A stretch of 64,000 nucleotides of DNA from Fistulifera solaris (Eukaryota). Where the stretch lies: NCBI GenBank assembly GCA_030295235.1, contig AP026131.1:1178001-1242000 (forward strand). Reading direction: 5' to 3'. Below, piece by piece: positions 25,957 to 37,833 of the stretch. Both the position numbers and the translations under genes were made by a program. The notes beneath the pieces are model-generated. The model was not told the origin of the DNA, searched no databases, and was given only the letters and a program-made list of their open reading frames with translations. Positions within the stretch are counted from its first letter, which is position 1. Every line of letters begins with the position of its first letter.

Positions 25957-28667
25957 TTAAGCCCAATAAACATGCGTTACGCCGATATTGTTTGCAACAC
26001 CGCACCCTCTTAATCGAATCGCCACCTCGACGTTGTCTTGCGGACCAAAAGTCGGGTCATCCAACACGGTCAGATCTTGAACGACTCGCTGCACATTCGA
26101 TACTTTAGCAAAAAAGGCATCCTTAGTCAGAGTGATGACCTTCCCGTTGATTGCATAGTCGAATTCAAAAGTGTCCGGGAAAACGACAGGATCAGCCTTG
26201 AGGTGTCGGTTGCCCAAGATCCAATCTCTATCATTTAGGGCTTCATCATCCGGCATACTCGAATGATTTTCAACCAATAAGGTGGACGCGACGGAGCCAG
26301 ATACGTCTTCCTGTAACCTTCGCTCGTTGTTGACTGAGGTCCATTCTATTGTCATGTGATTTTCTCTACGTCCTAACCAAGTGTACAACTTCAAGATGAT
26401 TATGCCCTTTTCAACACGGGGGATGTTTAGCACCAACCACCCTGAGAACTCATTGCCGGCGATATACCCTCGGCTATCATGGTGGCCTAACATCGGACAA
26501 CTATCAAGGTAATGTCGGGCACAATGCGTGTAGTAACTTCCATCGCATTCGCCTGGATATTCCTCCATGTGCTGCCAGCCTCGTCCAGGTACAATTGCTT
26601 CGCTCAGATGCCTGGAACCGGATATGGCGACGGAGTAATCATCGACTTCATCACGCGACGGTTGCATAGCATTTTCCGACAAAATTCTTCGATTCGATGC
26701 TACAGCATATGGATCAGCTTCACCACTACGAACAGCATCGCAAGTCGTGAGTACGTCTGGACCGTCGTACAACGGTTTAAAATTCTGGAACGGCTTATAA
26801 TTGTTTGGAGCTGCCTTGACCAGGTTTAGCAAACTGGTTTCAGATGGGTTCGCGCGAGGTGTGTACAAACCGCGGCCCTGTCAACGTACAGAAACAAAAA
26901 CAATTAGAATGGAATGCCCTAACCGATCGAGTGCTATGCGGCACACTTACTTCCATCACCATACCACACAGCTTTGCTGGAAGTCGCGGATCTAATCCTT
27001 TGCAGTGTCCTAGCGAAGAATCAAGATTTTTCAGCTTTTCACGAATATTTTTATAGTATTCAGTGACGTGCCACATGCTGTCGTCGAGCGGTGGTCCACC
27101 TATCGAAACAAGAACAGAATGTAAGCCCAAAATAAACTAAAGCATCCCTTAAAATGCTCCACAACGTACCCATAGTGCCATCGCTGAAGAGCTGAATGGC
27201 CGCTTGCAAAGCGGTGAGAATGTTAATGGCCAAAACACGTCCTTTGAGTTGGTGAAAGCGCCAACCAGGGTGCCATCTTACTTGGCTCGGCGGTTCGGGA
27301 CGTATGTTTGCAAACGTCTCACGAGGGACGTCATCTCGGTCTACCCAGCAAGTCGCACAAAAACGATTCCATTTGCACAGGTCCGAGTATTCGTTCGTAC
27401 ATTTCATGTAACGGGCTGCCCAAGGGATCGTCTCAGCTTGCTCCACACCTGTCACTTCCGGAATTCCGTTGAGACCCGTTCCGAAATCTCCCACATCCGC
27501 ATCGACATGTTCATGAAGGAATTGCATGATTTGAATCGGTCCGCCCCAGATGACGGGCACTCGTTTACCAGATAGCAATCCCTGTCGGAAGAAATACTCA
27601 ATATCCGGTAAATCACTTTCCGTCATTCCTATGAGGCACAAAGGGAGCCACTAACCGTGAACAGCAAGCTCAATAGGAAATGAAAATAACAAGATAGCTT
27701 ACGTACCACAGTCCCACAAAAGAAGATCGATTTCATCACCATAAAAATCCTTCATCGCCATACTGTGCTGTATCGTTCCCAACCCACCCTGTGACATCTG
27801 TATAGATCAAAAACGACCAGAATAAAACCAAATGAGTGAGTTTTCTGATCTGAAGCGACTCTACTACTATTCTCCTCGGTGACGTACATTTCGTGTAATC
27901 AATTTGATGCCCAATCGCGCAAAGACCGGCGCCATGACTTTATGAAATTGCATCATATAATTTTGATGAAAATGATTGCCGTGACCGGCCGCGGCCGAAT
28001 GACCTCCCAACACGACCGTAAATGTATCGTTGGTCATGATCGCGTGCAACAATCGCAACACCAACCCGTCGAAACTCCGTGCCGTCGTCCATCCGCCTTC
28101 GTTGGATGCTTCTCCCGGCACTTTGACGTCGTCTTGACTGAGATCAATTTTATAGACGTGCGTCATTTTGGACCGTTCCGCCATTAATTTTCCCAAATCC
28201 TCCTTATTCTGCGATTTGCCCAAACCGTATTCTTCATAAATGGCCTCGATCGTCCGTTCGAGTAATTCTTCCGCATCATTGATGAGATGATTGACGTACA
28301 CAGCATCCGTCTGCCACGCATTGGGTGGAAAATCATTGCCAGGAATGTCACGATTCGGATATTCTCCACAATAATCACCTTTCGGACGAAGATCTCCATC
28401 GCCATCCCAGAAATGCCATTTTCCGTATTGATCGGTCAATTGCTTTCGCGTGGAGTCATCGATCGGTGCATGAAAGGGATCCGGAACAATTGTCGCCATT
28501 TGTTCATACACAAATCCTTGTGAATTGAGTCTTCGTAAAGAGTTACTCAATTCCTCCGACGTTGTTGTGTGACGAGAATGTTGCGTGTTCAACAGACCAA
28601 GAAACAAGCCCATCGTCACGGCTGCGCCGAGCGCCCATTGCTTGTGGTTGTCAATTAATAATGTCAT
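25957..28667 (-). CDS. Large type II membrane/secreted protein with SGNH-hydrolase-like block; 5 exons
   Basis: N-terminal TM; VVLGGHSAAAGHGN, NMSQGGLGT and WHPGWRFH. GT-AG introns (minus strand) 27887-27798, 27706-27629, 27169-27100 and 26950-26878 give one continuous frame. Confidence 0.75.
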
Positions 28668-29283
28668 CCGAGCGACTTATTAGTAATCTCTTAAAAACGG
28701 GATTGTTGAATAAAACGTCTTTCCTTGAATTAGATGTGCATTTGCATAATAGATGAAAATAAGTTCGGGGATGCATTCTGCATGCATGATCTTCTTGCAA
28801 TAAAAGAAGAAAGGGTCACAACAAAAAGGTCACAAAGTGCGCCGTCAGTCAAGTTACAGTGAGTCCCTTTTTTTATAAAAAAAAAGTAATCTACATTCGG
28901 GACAACTGTACGTAGCTGACTGTATGCTACTATGTCCCCATGGTCTACATTTTTGCGTATAGTCGACGCTTTCAACGCCGAAAAACTAGGAATCAGCCGA
29001 AAAACCGAATATGAACCATTCCCTTTCTTCGTTAAAATCAATCTTCTATTCTGAAGTACCCGAATTCTCTCTAGATTTAGACACATTAAGAAAGGAGAAT
29101 CGATTGACAGAGTTCGCGTCACATCGAGATTTAAAATAGATGTGAAGCCCTCGAGCTCGAGAAAGGTGACATAGGGCGCTTTCATTGCTTTTCATTCCAC
29201 TCATCGGAACCCTTACTTACTTTACCGCATCCGGTCGATGTATCGCGAAAGGGTCATGTTTGTGAACTATTGGAAAATCCCAA

Positions 29284-30216
29284 TCAGGTGTGTTTCAGTT
29301 TGTCAAATTCCGTTCGAAAGGTCATCTCCTGTTCGGCATGCAAGGTAGATGCAGCTTTCATGCTATTCACCAAATCTTGGGCGCTCTCGTTGATCTTTTG
29401 TTGGATTTCGGGAACAATCTCGATTCCTTCTTCCCCGCGCACATCTAATAACACGCCCAACCAGTACGTCCCACCGTAACTGGTCAACAATTCTTCCCCC
29501 TTTTTCACCTTTTTCGTCGTGACGGTCGCCATGACGGGAGACGGTCCCCATGGAATATGAATACAATTTTTCCGTTTCCCGGATGCGTGATAATAGTCCA
29601 ACACACCCTGGATACTGTTCGATGCCACGACGGCACCGTCATTGATCAAGTGACTCACCCACGCACCGACGTTGTCGCGATGGGGATTCACATCCAAAAA
29701 CAAGGGTCCACTTACCAGGGGACTCAGAATGGAGGCTCGTTGAAACAAGGGTTGATCGGTGCAATGCAAGTAACTCGATTCCGAACAGGGATGCTGTTGA
29801 AAGTACTCTTCGTCATTCGGTAACCAACGAAAGAGCGATGATACTCCGTCGTCGATGCCCAAGGCGTGTGCCGGGTAGAAACTAATGATCGTTCCTTTTT
29901 GTAGATTGTTTTTGGCAAACAATCCTCGACCGGCACCCGGAATGGAGGATTCTTTGATTTCGATGCGTTGCATGCATTGCGCTTGCAGAGCACTCAACAC
30001 CGGAGACGATGCAAAGAACTCGGTCGTCATGACTTGATTCATTAGCTCAACACTTTCGTCCAGGCGCTGGATTATCTCTTCTTGTGAACTCGAATACAGT
30101 GACGACGTTCGAAAGGGCGTATTCGAAAGAGGGATCCATGCATCAACCGATCGGAGGAACGATAGTATTGCAACGAGTGTTGCGGTCGATACGAATGCGA
30201 TGGTCATTTCTGTCAT
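29284..30216 (-). CDS. SET-domain protein with bipartite (likely plastid) presequence
   Basis: SSIPGAGRGLFAK, SHLINDG and KKGEELLTSYG. Hydrophobic signal ending VDA-W followed by Ser-rich transit-like peptide. Confidence 0.82.
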   Translation of the reverse strand: MTEMTIAFVSTATLVAILSFLRSVDAWIPLSNTPFRTSSLYSSSQEEIIQRLDESVELMNQVMTTEFFASSPVLSALQAQCMQRIEIKESSIPGAGRGLFAKNNLQKGTIISFYPAHALGIDDGVSSLFRWLPNDEEYFQQHPCSESSYLHCTDQPLFQRASILSPLVSGPLFLDVNPHRDNVGAWVSHLINDGAVVASNSIQGVLDYYHASGKRKNCIHIPWGPSPVMATVTTKKVKKGEELLTSYGGTYWLGVLLDVRGEEGIEIVPEIQQKINESAQDLVNSMKAASTLHAEQEMTFRTEFDKLKHT

Positions 30217-30360
30217 CCAAGACTTTACTGAAGAAAAGGTCGAAAAGGTTGTACAATTTTCAAATTGAATACAAAGCCTTATAGATCATGCTTGTCATTG
30301 ATAACAACAACATTATGATCGGCACCATTATCGTCATCGTCGCACGAAACCCTACGTCCT

Positions 30361-30462
30361 CACATTTTCTGGAGACGTGAAAACGCCACATCCCCACATT
30401 TTCTGGAGACGTGAAAATGCCACGTACCCACTTTTTCTGGACAAGTGAGAAAACCACGTGCA
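30361..30462. repeat. 3 x 34 bp tandem repeat in a divergent promoter region
   Basis: CACATTTTCTGGAGACGTGAAAACGCCACATCCC / CACATTTTCTGGAGACGTGAAAATGCCACGTACC / CACTTTTTCTGGACAAGTGAGAAAACCACGTGCA. Confidence 0.9.
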
Positions 30463-30639
30463 CTAGAATATAAGCTTTAAGTGTAGCATTGACGTTTTGT
30501 TAATAAGAGATGGCTTGCTTATCGGTACTGACAAGGTTCATTTGTTTCATTATTTTTTACATCTTCTCATCACCGTATGCGTCGTGCGTATCATCATCTT
30601 TCTATTTTCTCTTATTCATGTTCATTCATCATTAAAGCT

Positions 30640-31619
30640 ATGACCTCCTTGCAATTCTTTTGACAACCAAAGAAGAAATAGATCAAAGCAATGTGGTCGA
30701 ATTCCGACCCGATCCGGAAAAGAAATCGGCATATTGGGTCAAAGATTGTCGTTCCGCATCACCGGCACATGGTTACATTCGAGCTGGTTCATCAGGACCA
30801 TTCCTTTTGGGTGGTCTCCAAATTATCAGCAATTCGCGAACCGTAGAGATCTATTTGAAACAAAATGATCCACAAGAAATGTATTTGACGGCCTGTCGTG
30901 GAGTTCCTTCGGAAGGCAACTATAAAATTGTGTGCGTGATTCCGGGCGGACCTCGTCCGATTCAACAAGCGCATTTGAAGTTTGTCACCGATGAACCTGA
31001 ACTCATCATTACTTCACTACGAGTCACTGCACGAATACCGGAAATTATTCAATCCTCCCAGCCGGAGCCATCCAACCAATTGCCCGATCACAATCCATCT
31101 TCTCCTCCTTCTCTTCCAACCACAACAACAACACGATCCCAGCCGGCGTCTACGGACACTACCAGTGATTTACATACCTCTCTAGCCAGTCTCGCTTTCT
31201 TGTTACGCAACACTTCGGAGAAGCATTCGCAACAAATACAGTACCTCTCTCAACAACAGCAACAAGCGATGTCTCTGTGGCAACCTTTACTTGCACAAAT
31301 GGCCTCCCAAGCATCCCAGCAAAATGAACAAATGGAACAACAGACACGTTTACTGCAACAACAACAAGAACAAATACAGGCATTGACGAGTCAAGTACAA
31401 GAACTAACAAATTTGGTGCAACGGGCCATCGAGAATAACTCATCATCTTTTGACCAAGAAGCGAACGATCCTTCAGAACGCGGGAAAGATGGATGTCGAA
31501 TAGATAAAGGCAATTCACTGACGATCCATACAGAGGAGGAGGGCCCGTCACAACCTGACGGTGGGTCTGTAGCAACAAGCTTACCCGACGAGTTGGATTC
31601 GAGCCACGCGGAGGAATGA
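30640..31619 (+). CDS. Hypothetical protein: N-terminal beta domain (weakly C10orf88/DUF4506-like) and Gln-rich coiled coil
   Basis: LQIISNSRTVEIY..YLTACRG and a Q-rich heptad region. ATG at 30640 is in frame if one T is added at 30658-30661. Confidence 0.55.
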
Positions 31620-31988
31620 AGTACCATAGTGGGGGCCGTCAAGATAGACTATATTCATAAATTAATAAGGTGAACTAAAGCATCCTTCGACATCACATAA
31701 TATTACAACAACACGAACCACAAAGAACACCGAGAAAAGGCTAGCAATTTGTTTCGTGTCGATTCTTGAAAGGTTTGCCAATTATAGTCTTTAGCGTATA
31801 CCGGGACTGGAATGTAGTTGAGTCCCTGAAAATGTGGTCTACAGATTGCTCTATAGTAATGAAATATTTGTCAACAACAACGACAAACCAAAAACATTCA
31901 CCAACTTTTACTCACATTCAGTCTCAAAATCATTCGCTTACTCATTCATAATACTATTTTCTTTTCCAAAAGTGAACAGAACTATAGA

Positions 31989-33576
31989 ATGGAGGAGGCC
32001 ACGCTCCAATCGGCGATGGCGGCCTTGGGGATTCCCAAAACACACACTACGGTCGGCCTGGCCAATTTGGTGGCCGCCCACAAGGAATATCGCTCCCTGT
32101 TTGTCAATCGACGACTTCCCGAAGACGGATGGTCGGATATTCAAATCCAACACTTTTTGTTCATCCTTTCGACTTTGGATACCAACAACAAACGGTTGAC
32201 ATCTTCCTCGCGCTGGTGTGGGGTCGGGGAACGGGAAGGGCGCCTCTATTCGAGTCTCGTGGCCAATCGACATTTTGGTTTCGCGCACGGGATGGGGCGA
32301 TCGGGGGATATTATGGAACCACAACCCAAAGCGGTCGGATCGAGTGTGTTAGTACAGTTGACGCTGTTTATGGCGATGGATGCGATACGGCGGTGCAGTG
32401 GATTGAATGTGAAGTACGGCATTTTGTTGCCCCTTTGTACCGGCATGTCCATGTCACTCGTCCTCAGTAGTTTGCGGGAGGCAAATCCCGATCGCTCGAT
32501 GGTACTGTGGTGTCGCATTGATCAAAAAAGCTGTTTCAAAGCCATCTCGTCCGCTGGTTTGACGTGTGTCGTGATACCCACCACCTTGGAAGGAGATGAA
32601 GTTGTCACTAATTTGGCAGCACTGGAAGAAGCCATGAGTGACCAGGTGTTGGCAGTAATTACCACAACCTCGTGTTTCGCTCCCCGCGTTCGTGACAAAG
32701 TCGATCATGTCGCCAAATTATGTCAAACCCACAATGTTCATCACATTATCAACAATGCGTACGGACTCCAGTGTGCGTCGACCAGCAAGCTCATCAATCG
32801 AGCGTGTGTGGTCGGGAGAGTGGATGCGATTGTCTGTTCGACCGATAAAAACTTTATGGTTCCCGTTGGTACGTTTTCCGAAAATGTTGGTGGACATGGA
32901 TCTGTACGTTTTTCGAGCTTACTTTCTGTTGTCTTACGTGGCAGGCGGCGCCATTGTGCTATCACCTCAGGAAAATATTATTCAAAATATTGGTAAAGTA
33001 TACGCGGGACGAGCATCTTCGTCTCCCATCTTGGATTTATTCATAACGCTCCTTTCCATGGGAATGAAAGGATACCAAAAACTGTTGCAGGATCGCCAAC
33101 AGGCACTAGAAAGTTTTGCGCAACGTTTGTCGGCCGTGGCGGAGAAACATGGAGAACGCCTCTTACAATGCCCCTCCAACACCATTTCGTTTGGCATTAC
33201 ATTGGACTCTCTAGCACGACCCCGAAATGAATCCGAAGACGAAATATCGTACTTGGAAAGTATCCGCAAACCCATTTCGGCTTTGGGTGCCATGCTCTTC
33301 AGTCGCTGTGTCAGTGGAACGCGTGTGATTCCTCGGTTGGAACAAAAGACGCTGGGAGGACACGTGTTGGCGGGTTTTGGAAGCTCGCACGAGGCCTATC
33401 CGCATGCGTACATGACCGCCGCGTGTGCCATTGGGGTTCATCCATCGGAAGTGGACGAATTTCTGGTGCGTCTCGACAAGACGATTCATGAATTCAAAAG
33501 AAACAGCAGAAACGATAAAAACAAACAAAATTCCCCTACTAGTCTTGCACATGTCTTAGCTCAAGTTGTTCAGTGA
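31989..33576 (+). CDS. SEPSECS: O-phosphoseryl-tRNA(Sec) selenium transferase; 2 exons
   Basis: GVGEREGR, HGMGRSGDI..QPKAxGSS, RIDQKSC, INNAYG, STDKNFMVPVGG (PLP Lys), YAGRAS and LFSRCVSGTRV. Intron 32869-32944. Confidence 0.95.
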
Positions 33577-33619
33577 GGTTTCCGACATTGCGATCCAACA
33601 TTCTGAAAAGATACATGAT

Positions 33620-34380
33620 CTAGTTCCCTTCTCCTACACCCGACCACCACTGCTGAAATGCTTTCATTGTGATTGTACCGCTGTTGCGCGGATCCATACC
33701 CATGAATGCGACTTCTAGCTCCCACAACGATAATTTCAAGCCCAGTGCATCCAGAAGAACGTTCAAATCGTCGATAGACAGTTTACCATCACCATCGTGG
33801 TCGGCTTGTTCGAATTTCGTTCGCCAGTTGTCCACTGTAGTCGATGGACGCCGACGATATATTTGTCGTTCCACGACAATATAAATGACACCGACACTGA
33901 TGGTCAAGGTTCCCACGACAAAGTCGCTGAACGAGCCAAACACCATATGGAGACTCCCTGCAAGGACATACAAGGCTCCCCGGCCCCACACATATGTCAG
34001 GAACGGTGCCCAGCGAATGATCAATTCATAAGTCGTTTCCATGAGTGATAAATACTGTTCCAATTGTTGTTGCTGGCGCCCCCAGAATTCCAGTAAGAGC
34101 AGAATACATCCCAACACCAAGGTATAACATTGTAGAATAGCGGCAAAAAGATGAAACTGAAAGATGTGATCCAGTATATTAAAGAAAGACGAGAAAACCA
34201 GGCAGATTGCTGACACAACGGCAAGAACTCGGATCGATCCTTGTTGAAGATTGTGGATGATGGTGAGAACCGCCTTTTATTTTCCGTCGCAGCAATGGTG
34301 TTCCATATTCCACTCACTGGATCGATCACGGAAGCGGACGACACTGAACCTGTGAGAGGTGTTGCTTCGTTTATTGTCAT
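33620..34380 (-). CDS. COPI-associated/Tvp15-like multi-pass membrane protein with C-terminal EF-hand pair
   Basis: PFLTYVWGRGALYVLAGSL. EF loops DHDGDGKLSIDD and DPRNSGTITMKA. N-terminal EATPL; single-base deletion near 34275-34283. Confidence 0.75.
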
Positions 34381-34709
34381 GTTACGATCGAGGGAAAAGA
34401 TGTATGGTTATTCTGCTTTCGAATGAAACAAAAAGTCTACGCATTTTTTTGCTTCTGAGAGAAGAAAAAGCATTCGGTTTTTCGTCATTTCGCGTCCGTC
34501 GACGCTGCGCGCCGGCCACGTCTCGTGACTTAATGTCCGTTCGTGTCTCGGGTGTCACACGACAATAAAAGTGTTCCTCGAGGATCTTTTCCGCAAGAAA
34601 AATAGCCATCACCCATCACGCATTCATCGACCATGAAGATCGAGATCATCATCGTGAACACGACGCACCAAGCACATCTAATACAAAAAATTAGCCCACT
34701 ATTTCATTC

Positions 34710-36338
34710 ATGAACATCTACGATCTAGAAAAGGACGATGATTTGTCCTTCAAGGACGAAACGGATGATAACATTGACGTCGAATGTGAAGAAGAAACAT
34801 CCAAAGCCACAACTCTTGCGTCGTCTTATGAATACATCAAAGTACAATACCAACAACTGATTCACCCGAAACACTTTATTCGACAAAGTTCTTCTATCAT
34901 TTCCGAACAACTCCCCGCAACACCGAGTGGATGGATGGCCTTACTTTCCCTGGCCACGAGTTGTGGCTTGGGGTACGAACTGCAACTCCAAAAACGTCTC
35001 ACGTGTCCTCCCCTGGTATATGCGCAATTGTCGTCGCCATCCATGAAGGATATTTATCAAAAAATGACTGCTACACCCGAATCGTTGTTGCGTCGACCCA
35101 TCCAACCCAGTTTGTTTGTCGGAACGAGAGCGTACGCCGCAAGCACGGCGGCGTATTTGTGCGGAGGACCGGCCCACCATGATTCTTATGTAAGATTCCG
35201 GGAAATCCTGACCCTACCGATGGATGGTGCGACCGTGGCATTGGATTGGGAATTGCCGCCCGGTGTCACGGAAGAACAAGTGCGGCACCAGATCACCCAA
35301 CCGGTCGTTTTGGTGATTCATGGAATCAACAATCACGCCAATTTCGGTTATGTTCGTTCCATGGTCCGCGCCTGTACGATGCGGGGATGGATTGCGGCGG
35401 GGTTCAATATGCGCGGATGCGGTGGAATGGCGTTGACAACACCCCGGGGCTACAATGCCGCCTACACGGGGGACATCCGGGGTGCGGTGCAACAATTGTC
35501 GGCGCGCTTAAGCGCTCCCCCTCTTTTGGTGGGAAATTCACTCAGTGCGAGTTTGGTCACCAAGTATTTGGGAGAAGAAGGCTTGTGTGGGACGTTACCG
35601 GAGTGTGTGGCGGGAGGTGCGGCATTGGGGAACCCAATCAGTATTGACTCGCGTCACATGAGTCTCATCTTTTCGCCACTGCTGGCGCTCGGTGTCAAGA
35701 AGAGTATTTTGGAACAATGGTCGGCATTACAACAAATCAAGGAACCTTATTTTCTAAGTTGTATTCGACGAGCCATGTTGGCTGTGACTTTGGCCGAATT
35801 CGACAGTGCTATGGCGCCTATTATGATACGCAATGATCCCGTGTATCCGTTTTCGGCTCGAGTTGGGTTTAAGAGTGAGTTTATTGATTAGTTTAGGGTA
35901 ATCCCTGCGTGATTCTTTGTTTCGTTTGTCTGACACGTTTGCCCATTCAACACGTACTGTGCGGAAACAGGCGGTCATTCGTATTGGAATGATGCGAGCT
36001 CCTATCGTCTCATTCGTTTCGTATCCGTACCCATGATGCAGTTGATTGCTTCGGACGATTTTTTAGTGTACAAAGCATTTCAAGGCCGCCTGGCCTACTG
36101 TTTGGCGAATCCGAATGTCATGATTGTCGAATCCAAATGTGGTGGTCATTTGGGTTGGCACGAAGCACCCCCTCGAAACTACGGACTAGGCAAGAGTTGG
36201 GCTGATGCAGCGACCACCGACTTTATCGACGTCGTTTTCAAATCCTTTGAAGAGCGAAAATCAAAGCAATCGGGCGGGGTTGAATTCAGGGAACGCGACT
36301 CCGTATTGAGTGCTGGGGTACCAAGGTCCAAGTTATAA
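34710..36338 (+). CDS. Alpha/beta hydrolase, ABHD1-3/YheT family; 2 exons
   Basis: DGATVALDW, VIHGI, NMRGCGG..LTTPRGYNA, GNSLSA (nucleophile), ASDDF and GGHLGW. Intron 35875-35970. Confidence 0.88.
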
Positions 36339-37034
36339 AGCTAGAAATGTCTTGTCGGGGCCTGGCTAATGCTGTAATATTAGATTCGATAGATTTACTG
36401 AGTACAGTACAGATGACCCCCTAGTTGGCTTCAGTCCTTTGTTGTCAATCACGAGTCACTTGTCGTATGTCGTGCTGTACGTTGTACGTCCGATTTCTCC
36501 ACCAGCGAGAAGCGTACGTCACACGTCACACTCACACACGTAGTCTCCGGGTTCTCTTGTGCGTATCACTGTTTACTGTACAAGTACCGGTCTCTGTCGT
36601 AGGTTGAACCAAGTGAGTATAATGCTGATAAGTACCGTAAGCCAAGCCGTAAGCGGGACATCGCGCGTTTCGCACTGAAACGCGTGCGTAATTGCGTTTG
36701 GATCGCAGTCTCTTCGCCATGCAGCAGCGTTTATTTGCATCGCAACAAAGCAACGACAGCCACAAGCACAAACACTTTGAGCATAAGCATTCTGTCAGTA
36801 AGTGCAAGAATGACGATGATTGTGCCGTATAGCCAGCAATTTGTAGACAAACAGGGGAAATCTATCGTTATTCGTAGAGCATCAATCGCAGGCATCGCCG
36901 GAAAAGCAGACGGAAGTTGCTGCTTGTGCTACAATATGCCCGCACGTTTACCCCTTTATTTTTATTATCATTATCTTTTTTCCGCTTTGTCGCTGACACT
37001 CTCTTTTCCTCTGCTACAGAAAACAAACTAAAAA

Positions 37035-37340
37035 ATGAAGTCCTACCAATTTGTTCTCCTCGCCGCTGTGCTCTCGTGCGCTTCGGCCTTTGCCCCGGCC
37101 ACCCCCACGCGCCAGGTTGCCTTCAAGCCCTTGGCCGCCAGCAAGATGCCCGAGCCCGCCGAAAAGGACCAACGCGCTGCTGCCCTTGCCGCGTTCGCCA
37201 CTGCCCTTGCCCCGATTGCCGCCCACGCCACCGAGGTTGATGAGGCCACCGTAATTGGATACGGTGCTGGTTTGGTTGCCTGCGTTGTTTCCTTGGCGGT
37301 TGGTTTCGCCATTGGATACGGAACTCTTGTCAAGCTTTAA
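37035..37340 (+). CDS. Small nuclear-encoded thylakoid membrane protein (signal + ASAFAP transit + thylakoid-transfer peptide + one TM helix)
   Basis: CASA-FAP motif, Ala-rich AAALAAFATALAPIAAHA, mature TEVDEATVIGYGAGLVACVVSLAVGFAIGYGTLVKL. Strong C/T-ending codon bias; AAAAATG start context. Confidence 0.85.
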   Translation: MKSYQFVLLAAVLSCASAFAPATPTRQVAFKPLAASKMPEPAEKDQRAAALAAFATALAPIAAHATEVDEATVIGYGAGLVACVVSLAVGFAIGYGTLVKL

Positions 37341-37833
37341 ATACATACTAGACGTAAGAATAATGAACGTATAAAAAGCTAACAACAAGCACGGCAAACC
37401 TGAATTTTAATCGCTCCTCTCTGGGTCAAGTGAACACACCTGATTTAAAGGCGCTTGAAACTAATACGATGAGAAATTGCTAGATACCGTAGCTGAGTTC
37501 CATCCATCTAATTTGTTTCCTATTATCTGAAACAATAAATTTAACCTGTTTCGGAAATTGGATTGGGAGACCTAAAATCGTCCTCTCCCTAAGCTTCAGG
37601 CTTTCGGATAAAAATGATTCTACAGTGCGACATCAATGTTGATGTTAACTATGGACTCTAGTGGTGGTACGATGATAATTGGAAGTACGTATGCACCTGC
37701 GCCATGTGGTTTTTGCATCGGCGTCACTTTTTGTGAAAGACATGTACCGACGAAAGCCGATCCTTTGAAGAAGAACATACCATTTTCGGTCCTTATTCAG
37801 CATAAGCATCGTTCTTGTCACCCATCCTCCAGC

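Noticed and set aside
28730..29185. 151-aa minus-strand ORF between the SGNH-like and SET genes
   Set aside because: AT-rich intergenic composition and no recognisable domain; cannot be supported.
30361..30462. CRISPR-like array
   Set aside because: The units are contiguous without unique spacers, the context is eukaryotic, and no cas genes are present.
31989..33576. Possibility that nearby TGA-terminated ORFs are selenoproteins because SepSecS is present
   Set aside because: The TGA breaks I examined (e.g. 14226, 23651, 45177) continue in a different frame rather than in frame, and no SECIS was recognised.
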